Shown: positions 48,529-53,852 of the stretch, piece by piece | How positions within the stretch are numbered: position 1 is the stretch's first letter | Layout of the letters: each line of letters starts with the position of its first letter | Assembly: GCA_012522435.1 (NCBI GenBank) | Contig: JAAYKK010000003.1 | Span: 1-53,852, forward strand | Direction of reading: 5' to 3' | DNA: 53,852 nucleotides | DNA from: Clostridiaceae bacterium | Lineage (GTDB): Bacteria; Bacillota; Clostridia; Saccharofermentanales; DTU023 | Notes under the pieces: generated by a model | Database searches by the model: none | What the model was told of the DNA's origin: nothing | What the model saw: only the letters and a program-made list of their open reading frames with translations | Position numbers and translations under genes: made by a program

Positions 48529-50073
48529 ATGACGGAAGAATATGATTACATCATTGAGTTTAAAAACATAACCAAGAAATTCCCCGGTGTAATCGCAAAT
48601 AATGATGTGAGTTTAAGCATTCGTCAAGGTGAAATATTTGCTTTGTTAGGGGAGAACGGAGCGGGTAAATCAACTTTAATGAGCATTTTGTTCGGCATGT
48701 ACGAACCCGATCAGGGTGAGATTTGGCTTAGGGGTGAAAAGGTTAAAATAAATTCACCCAATCAAGCAACTGAACTTAGCATAGGAATGGTCCATCAGCA
48801 CTTTAAATTAGTAGAGAATTTCACAATTACAGAAAATATTGTCTTGGGCATTGAACCTCAAAAATCTGTTTTGGGTTTGCCAATTGTTGATATCAAAGGT
48901 ACAGATCAAAAAATTAAAGATTTATCTCATAAGTACGGTTTGGATGTTAATCCGACTGATTTAATCGAAGACATTAATGTTTCAACCAGACAAAGGGTTG
49001 AGATATTAAAAATGTTATATCGTGAAGCTGAAATTTTAATTTTTGATGAGCCTACAGCAATGTTAACTCCTCAAGAAATAGAGTTCTTGCTTGAAATAAT
49101 TAAAAATCTGCAAGCAGATGGTAAAACAATTATCTTGATTTCGCATAAATTAGATGAAATTAAACAAGTAGCTGACCGTTGTGCAGTTTTGCGACATGGA
49201 GAATTGATCGATATTTTAGATGTAAAGACTACATCCACTCAAACGATGGCTAATTTAATGGTTGGCAAACAGATTTCATTATCTTTAGATAAAGAAAAGA
49301 ATGATCCCGGTAAAACTGTTCTAGAAGTTGATAACTTAGTTATTGAAAACGAGCTGGGGATAGAGATTGTGCATGATGTTTCTTTTGTAATTCGTACCGG
49401 TGAAATCTTCTCTTTGGCAGGTGTCTCCGGTAATGGGCAAATGGAAATAGCAGATGCGATTGCAGGGCTTATACCGGTCAAATCCGGAAAAATAAAATTT
49501 GAACAAACGGAAATTACTGATTTTTCGGTCCGGGACAGAACTGAACTAGGCATTTCATATATTCCGGAAGACAGGCAAAGATTCGGTTTAATCCTAGAAA
49601 TGCCGCTTTCTACCAATTTAGCTTTAAAATCATACTACAAAGAACCTTTTTCACGTAATCATATTTTACAAGATCGTGTCTTTTTGGATTATTCTGATCA
49701 ATTAATCAATAAATTTGATATTCGTTCAGGTCAGGGGTCTGCAACAATTGTCCGTTCAATGAGTGGGGGCAATCAACAAAAGGCCATCATCGCTCGGGAA
49801 ATTGATTTGGATTCAAAGCTATTGATCTTTGTTCAGCCGACGAGAGGGCTCGATATTGGGGCAATCCAGGCTGTTCGAGAAAGAATGATAGCTGAGCGAG
49901 ATAAAGGAAAAGCGATTTTATTGGTTTCCCTTGAACTTGATGAAATAATGAGTTGTTCTGACCGAATAGGTGTCATCTATAACGGCAAGCTGCAGCGTGT
50001 TTCAGATGCCGATCTAATTTCACGTGAAGAAATTGGAGAAGCTATGATGGGAGTGGCAAATAATGAACAATAA
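48529..50073 (+). CDS. CUT2-family ABC ATPase (nucleoside/sugar), two ATPase domains
   Basis: GENGAGKST, FDEPT, ISHKL, MSGGNQQK, QPTRGLD. Confidence 0.93.
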   Translation: MTEEYDYIIEFKNITKKFPGVIANNDVSLSIRQGEIFALLGENGAGKSTLMSILFGMYEPDQGEIWLRGEKVKINSPNQATELSIGMVHQHFKLVENFTITENIVLGIEPQKSVLGLPIVDIKGTDQKIKDLSHKYGLDVNPTDLIEDINVSTRQRVEILKMLYREAEILIFDEPTAMLTPQEIEFLLEIIKNLQADGKTIILISHKLDEIKQVADRCAVLRHGELIDILDVKTTSTQTMANLMVGKQISLSLDKEKNDPGKTVLEVDNLVIENELGIEIVHDVSFVIRTGEIFSLAGVSGNGQMEIADAIAGLIPVKSGKIKFEQTEITDFSVRDRTELGISYIPEDRQRFGLILEMPLSTNLALKSYYKEPFSRNHILQDRVFLDYSDQLINKFDIRSGQGSATIVRSMSGGNQQKAIIAREIDLDSKLLIFVQPTRGLDIGAIQAVRERMIAERDKGKAILLVSLELDEIMSCSDRIGVIYNGKLQRVSDADLISREEIGEAMMGVANNEQ

Positions 50074-51196
50074 TTTAAAAAATAAAAACTTTCTTTTGCG
50101 GTTGCTGGGAGATCCGAAGTATCAATTTATCTCAATTCCTATTTTTGCTATTATCTGTAGTCTTATTGTTTCAGCTATTATTATTCTGATCGTCGGTCAG
50201 AATCCATTGACCGCTTATAAGGGTTTGATGCAAGGAGCGGGTATTTTGGCTAAAGACAAATATGCCTCTTTTCAGGGACAACCGACCGACTTTATGGAAA
50301 CTCTGGATAAGATGACCCCGATGCTCTTTGCAGCTTTAGCAGTCGCTATTGCTTTGCGAGCCGGTTTGTTTAATATTGGTGTTTCGGGACAGATGTTGAT
50401 AGCTGGTTTCGTTGCGACAATAACGATTGGTTATAGCAGGCAAATGTCACCTTTCTTAGCAAAACCGTTAGTTGCTTTAATCGGTATGATAATAGGTGCT
50501 TTAGCCGGAGGATTGATTGGATTTTTCAAAATTAAATTCAATATCAATGAAGTAGTCTCTTCAATCATGCTGAATTATATTTATCAATACGTCTTCAGTT
50601 ATTTTATTAATACAAAATATATTGATCCTGTTACCAGACAATCGAGAAATATTGGTGCCAATGCGAGATTAACCTTGATGCAGATGGAAATCGGGAGTTA
50701 TAAAATGCGAATTCCGATTTTTTTCTTAGTCGCAATAATAGTTGCGATAATTCTTTATTTCTTTATGAATCGAACCAGCCAAGGACTTGAAATATCTTCA
50801 ATCGGTTTTAATAGTGATGCGGCTCAATATGCAGGTATAGACGTCAATCGCAGATTGCTTCATGTAATGCTGATATCTGGCGCTTTAGCCGGTCTTGCCG
50901 GAGTTACTTATTATTTAGGATATCAGCCCTCAATTTTGCCTAAATCTTTATCTTCAATTGGTTTTGATTCAATTGCCGTTTCTCTTCTAGGTAATAATAA
51001 TCCGATCGGGATTATCTTTTCCTCATTTTTAATCACGGTAATTGATCGAGGTGCAACTTATATGAGGTCTGCCGCCGGAGTAGAGCAGGAGATAGCCGCA
51101 CTGATGAGCGGGATTATATTACTGTTCAGTGCTATGGGTGTTTATATGAGACAAAAATTTGCAGCCTTATTGGGCAAAAATAGAATGAGGGGATAG
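50063..51196 (+). CDS. Nucleoside ABC transporter permease
   Basis: GLFNIGVSGQ, NEVVSSIMLNY, ISGALAGLAG, GFDSIAV. Confidence 0.9.
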   Translation: MNNNLKNKNFLLRLLGDPKYQFISIPIFAIICSLIVSAIIILIVGQNPLTAYKGLMQGAGILAKDKYASFQGQPTDFMETLDKMTPMLFAALAVAIALRAGLFNIGVSGQMLIAGFVATITIGYSRQMSPFLAKPLVALIGMIIGALAGGLIGFFKIKFNINEVVSSIMLNYIYQYVFSYFINTKYIDPVTRQSRNIGANARLTLMQMEIGSYKMRIPIFFLVAIIVAIILYFFMNRTSQGLEISSIGFNSDAAQYAGIDVNRRLLHVMLISGALAGLAGVTYYLGYQPSILPKSLSSIGFDSIAVSLLGNNNPIGIIFSSFLITVIDRGATYMRSAAGVEQEIAALMSGIILLFSAMGVYMRQKFAALLGKNRMRG

Positions 51197-51201
51197 CTTA
51201 T

Positions 51202-52161
51202 ATGTTAAATAATATTATTATTGATGGTTTATCATTTGCATTACCTTTATTAATCATAGCAATCGGCGGAATTTATAGTGAAAGAAGCGGAATAACTAAC
51301 CTTGCTTTAGAAGGCTTATTAGGTTTTGGTGCATTCTGCGGTGGCTTGTTTATGGCTTTCTTAAGTTCCAGCTTTACAGCTGCGCAGGTTCCTGTATATT
51401 TATCTCTTATTGTCGCAGCTCTTGGCGGCGCACTTTATGCATCTTTATTTGCTGTATTATGTGTCGTTTTTAAAGCCAATCAAGTAATTAGCGGTGTGGT
51501 TATTAATATTTTATCAGTAGCTTTGACCGGATTTTTAACCAGACAGATAAATCAAAATTTCTTTAATCAACCTTCTGATAAATTTCAAATTGGAGTTTTT
51601 CCTCGAGTATCCGTTCCTTTCTTAAAAGATATTCCTGTTCTTGGCGGTTTTTTCAGCAATTTTTATGTTTTTGAAGTAATTATTTTGCTTTTGTTAGCAA
51701 TTACTTGGTATCTACTGTATAAAACACGCTTTGGGATGCATTTAAGAGCTTGCGGAGATAATCCTCAGTCAGTAGACGCTGCAGGAATTGAAGTGAATCA
51801 GGTGAGGTTTAAAGCAGTATTAATTTCCGGAGCTTTATCCGGAATTGGTGGGATGTGCTTTGCTTATTCAATTTCAGCCAATTTTTCACCGACTGTTTAT
51901 ATGGGAGCCGGTTTTTTAGCCATAGCGGCATTAATCTTTGGTAACTGGCGGATTATGCCAACTTTTGTAGCGTGCTTGATTTTTGGTTTTGCACGCTCTG
52001 CCGGAAATGAAATTGGTAAAGCAATGAAATTATCAAGCAGTTTCTTTGATTTAACTATGACTTTGCCCTATGTACTAACTCTATTGTTATTGATATTCTT
52101 TTCAGACACGAACAAAGCTCCTCGAGCTTTGGGTGAAATTTATGATAAAGGAAAACGCTGA
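51202..52161 (+). CDS. Nucleoside ABC transporter permease
   Basis: SERSGITNLALEG, NQVISG, LRACGDNP, GFLAIAALIFG, LPYV. Confidence 0.9.
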   Translation: MLNNIIIDGLSFALPLLIIAIGGIYSERSGITNLALEGLLGFGAFCGGLFMAFLSSSFTAAQVPVYLSLIVAALGGALYASLFAVLCVVFKANQVISGVVINILSVALTGFLTRQINQNFFNQPSDKFQIGVFPRVSVPFLKDIPVLGGFFSNFYVFEVIILLLLAITWYLLYKTRFGMHLRACGDNPQSVDAAGIEVNQVRFKAVLISGALSGIGGMCFAYSISANFSPTVYMGAGFLAIAALIFGNWRIMPTFVACLIFGFARSAGNEIGKAMKLSSSFFDLTMTLPYVLTLLLLIFFSDTNKAPRALGEIYDKGKR

Positions 52162-52820
52162 TGCAAGAGAAAAATGAGTTTAAGTTATTAGATCAGGTAG
52201 ATTCAATTAAGAATGCTGTAAAAAATTATCAACATAAACCATTAGGCAGACAACGCCGTTCGGCGATTCTTCTCTTATTAATTGAATTGGATTCTGAATT
52301 AAATATTATCTTTCAAGTTAGAGGTAATACTATTAGACAACCGGGTGAATCTTCATTTCCGGGTGGGGGAATAGAGGAGGGTGAAACACCACTTCGTGCA
52401 GCATTAAGAGAAACAAAAGAAGAAATGGGCATTTCAGCTAATGAAATTGAAATCTGGGGTGAAATTGATACTTCTATCAGTGATCAACATATTGTGCACT
52501 GTTTTATCGGATATTTGCCAAATTATGATTTGAAGAATTTAAAACCTGATCCGTATGAAGTTGATCATTATTACACGGTAAAACTAGATTACTTTCTGAA
52601 GCATGAACCGAAATATTATAAACTTGAAACTAAACCGGTTCCTGAATCAAAATTTCCTTTTGAACTCATCAACGGGGGGATCAATTATCCATTTTACAAC
52701 TTGAACAAATGGTTACCCTTTTACACTTTGCCGGAACATTTAAAGGATGAAGTATTATGGGGCTTTACTGCAAATTGTGTGCATCGTTTTACTGAAATAA
52801 TAAAAATGAAAAATGCTTAA
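52161..52820 (+). CDS. Nudix hydrolase, CoA pyrophosphatase subfamily
   Basis: QPGESSFPGG...ETPLRAALRETKEEMG Nudix box, EVD, LWGFTA. Confidence 0.85.
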   Translation: MQEKNEFKLLDQVDSIKNAVKNYQHKPLGRQRRSAILLLLIELDSELNIIFQVRGNTIRQPGESSFPGGGIEEGETPLRAALRETKEEMGISANEIEIWGEIDTSISDQHIVHCFIGYLPNYDLKNLKPDPYEVDHYYTVKLDYFLKHEPKYYKLETKPVPESKFPFELINGGINYPFYNLNKWLPFYTLPEHLKDEVLWGFTANCVHRFTEIIKMKNA

Positions 52821-52823
52821 ATA

Positions 52824-53843
52824 TCAACTGATAATGCTATCAGGGTCTGTGATCATCTTTTGAGAATAATCACCTACAAAAGCAAAAGACAGCTGACGAG
52901 GAACAACATTAATTTCAAAACTATCTGTTGAAAAAATAGCACCGTCTACATTGCCGATAAATGATTTACCTTCAGGTGCTCTAACAGAGATCTTCTCCAC
53001 TAAACCTAATTTTACTTTAGCTTGTTGAGTTTCAATTGTACCGTTTTTATAGTGCACAGCTAATTTGGCGAATTGAAAGCGGCTTAGATTAGGTGCTAAT
53101 AGATAGTTTAACTTACCATCTTGCAAGTCACAACTGGGCGCCGGATTAAAGCCGTTTCCATAAAACCCGCCGTTACAGAAAGCGGCCAAAAGGCTATCGA
53201 TTATGGTGTTTTTACCTTCAATCGAATAGATATATTCTTGGGTTTTCATCGAGAAAAAATGTTTTAAGACAGCTAATGTATATGCTGAACCCTTAAGCCA
53301 ACGGTATTTATTCAAATAATGAAAAGCGGAATTGAGAATCTCAGTATCCAATCCGATACTTGCCACATTAATTACATATATTGAATCAATCATTGCCAGA
53401 TCCGGATTTTCAATCGTATCGGGTCCGTCACCTAAGAGTCTTAAGTTACCGGTTAATTTCAAAACATCAATCGGAGCAATTTTAAGATTAGGCAAGGCTT
53501 CTAAAAAATTCGATAACTTGAATTTAGAATAGTGAAGTTTACAGAAGTCATTTGCAGTACCGAAAGGGAGCGCACCTAAAGCGGTGGCTGAATTTAAATT
53601 TACTAAGACATTAGTAGCTTCATTAATACTTCCATCACCGCCGGCAACGAAAATAATCCCATTTTCACCATGTTTGAGCGAAAAGTCTCTGACAATCTCT
53701 TTTAAATGATCTGCATGTTGGGTAATAATATACCTAGCATTATAATGTTGGTTATTTTGCGAAAAATTTTCAATAGTATTTAAAACACTTGATTTGACTT
53801 TTGCTTCACGATTACTGAAAACAAATAATATCTGATTTCTCAT
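52824..53843 (-). CDS. Diacylglycerol/lipid kinase family protein (YegS/BmrU-like)
   Basis: VAGGDGSINE, PFGTANDF, SIGLD, NGGFYGNG, DGKL, NVDG. Confidence 0.88.
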   Translation of the reverse strand: MRNQILFVFSNREAKVKSSVLNTIENFSQNNQHYNARYIITQHADHLKEIVRDFSLKHGENGIIFVAGGDGSINEATNVLVNLNSATALGALPFGTANDFCKLHYSKFKLSNFLEALPNLKIAPIDVLKLTGNLRLLGDGPDTIENPDLAMIDSIYVINVASIGLDTEILNSAFHYLNKYRWLKGSAYTLAVLKHFFSMKTQEYIYSIEGKNTIIDSLLAAFCNGGFYGNGFNPAPSCDLQDGKLNYLLAPNLSRFQFAKLAVHYKNGTIETQQAKVKLGLVEKISVRAPEGKSFIGNVDGAIFSTDSFEINVVPRQLSFAFVGDYSQKMITDPDSIIS

Positions 53844-53852
53844 TAATTGCTG

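Noticed and set aside
1749-53532. Numerous 60-127 aa ORFs overlapping or antisense to housekeeping genes
   Set aside because: They lie within well-supported genes, lack RBS and motifs, and are typical shadow ORFs
1-53852. CRISPR arrays, tRNA/rRNA genes, IS elements, riboswitches
   Set aside because: Intergenic gaps are short (about 200 nt or less) and show no spaced direct repeats, cloverleafs, transposases or riboswitch cores that I could recognise

Overview
AT-rich chromosomal window from a Firmicute (Bacillota), most likely Clostridia, judged from PolC, ScpA/B, the PrpC-PrkC-RsgA cluster, short EF-Ts and rseP-ispG-polC order. Most of it is core housekeeping on the + strand: a four-gene Na+-pumping oxaloacetate decarboxylase operon; scpA-scpB-cmk-plsC-rpsA; pepV; rpsB-tsf-pyrH-frr-uppS-cdsA-dxr-rseP-ispG-polC joined directly to priA-def-fmt-yugP-rsmB-rlmN-prpC-prkC-rsgA-rpe-thiN; then crp/fnr, a folP pseudogene, a Xer-type recombinase, asd, lacI and a BMP-type nucleoside ABC transporter. 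I found no rRNA, tRNA, CRISPR array, IS element or prophage. The most notable items are: (1) PolC with a catalytically degenerate 3'-5' exonuclease domain but apparently intact PHP ligands; (2) a minus-strand redox operon (TlpA lipoprotein, an unannotated 51-aa CxxC membrane peptide, a polyferredoxin membrane protein, a Cys-rich Lgt); (3) PepV fused to an N-terminal domain with a CxxC...HxxC putative zinc site; (4) a streptococcal-type folP with an in-frame TAA and an apparently lost start codon; (5) strong window-wide excess of CCGG; (6) ispH absent from its usual site and a DSEH-to-DSEP change in Dxr. Family calls come from motif recognition by eye; no database searches were run.
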